From assembly GCA_963666515.2 (NCBI GenBank), contig OY762897.2, positions 544,001-608,000 on the forward strand: a stretch of DNA of 64,000 nucleotides, written 5' to 3'. Below are positions 63,902-64,000 of the stretch, piece after piece. A program made the position numbers and the translations under genes. The stretch comes from Candidatus Binatia bacterium. GTDB taxonomy: Bacteria; Desulfobacterota; Binatia; UBA9968; JAJDTQ01. The first letter of the stretch is position 1; each line of letters opens with the position of its first letter. Under the pieces are notes generated by a model. That model saw only the letters and a list, made by a program, of their open reading frames with translations, was not told the DNA's origin and did no database searches.

Positions 63902-64000
63902 GGCGTCCTGTCCTGGTATGCGAACGAGTGGGACAGGGCATTGACGGGAAGCACGCATGGCACGGGAGGCGACCGCGAGGGTCTTGAACAGCGACGGCGT

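Noticed and set aside
63957-64000. Start of a further cox-operon gene (MAREATARVLNSDG)
   Set aside because: Only 14 codons lie inside the window, too few to assign a product.

Overview
High-GC bacterial chromosome segment. The gene content looks Deltaproteobacteria/Binatia-like, and a sponge symbiont is plausible, but both are inferences. The right half is housekeeping: pho regulators, rng, smc-ftsY-zapB-zapA-rny-tyrS, a complete 16S-tRNA-Ile-tRNA-Ala-23S-5S operon, moeA-ispF, acs and an A1-type cytochrome c oxidase operon. The left end holds cca, an M16 peptidase pair, a receiver-less sigma54 activator, hemQ and an Xre/RES toxin-antitoxin pair. The main feature is a ~20-22 kb proteusin (NHLP-leader) RiPP cluster at about 10.3/13.0-32.4 kb. 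It has a precursor with the core LCCCW, a fused YcaO cyclodehydratase, a flavin-dependent halogenase and NHLP ABC exporters, which matches my recollection of the sponge-microbiome srp clusters. Around this core are components whose roles I cannot assign: an NHLP leader fused to a class II terpene-cyclase-like domain, an AlkB-type di-iron oxygenase fused to a degenerate GlnE-like domain, an unknown protein that may be a prenyltransferase, a split MMPL/LolA-like/beta-barrel module, a shortened membrane-fusion protein and a tandem-Cache autotransporter. Together these suggest a lipidated or terpenylated halo-tryptophan tris-thiazoline product (hypothesis). Smaller signals include GTAG-type REP palindromes, tandem NrdR-like boxes before smc and FleQ-like boxes before the sigma54 activator.
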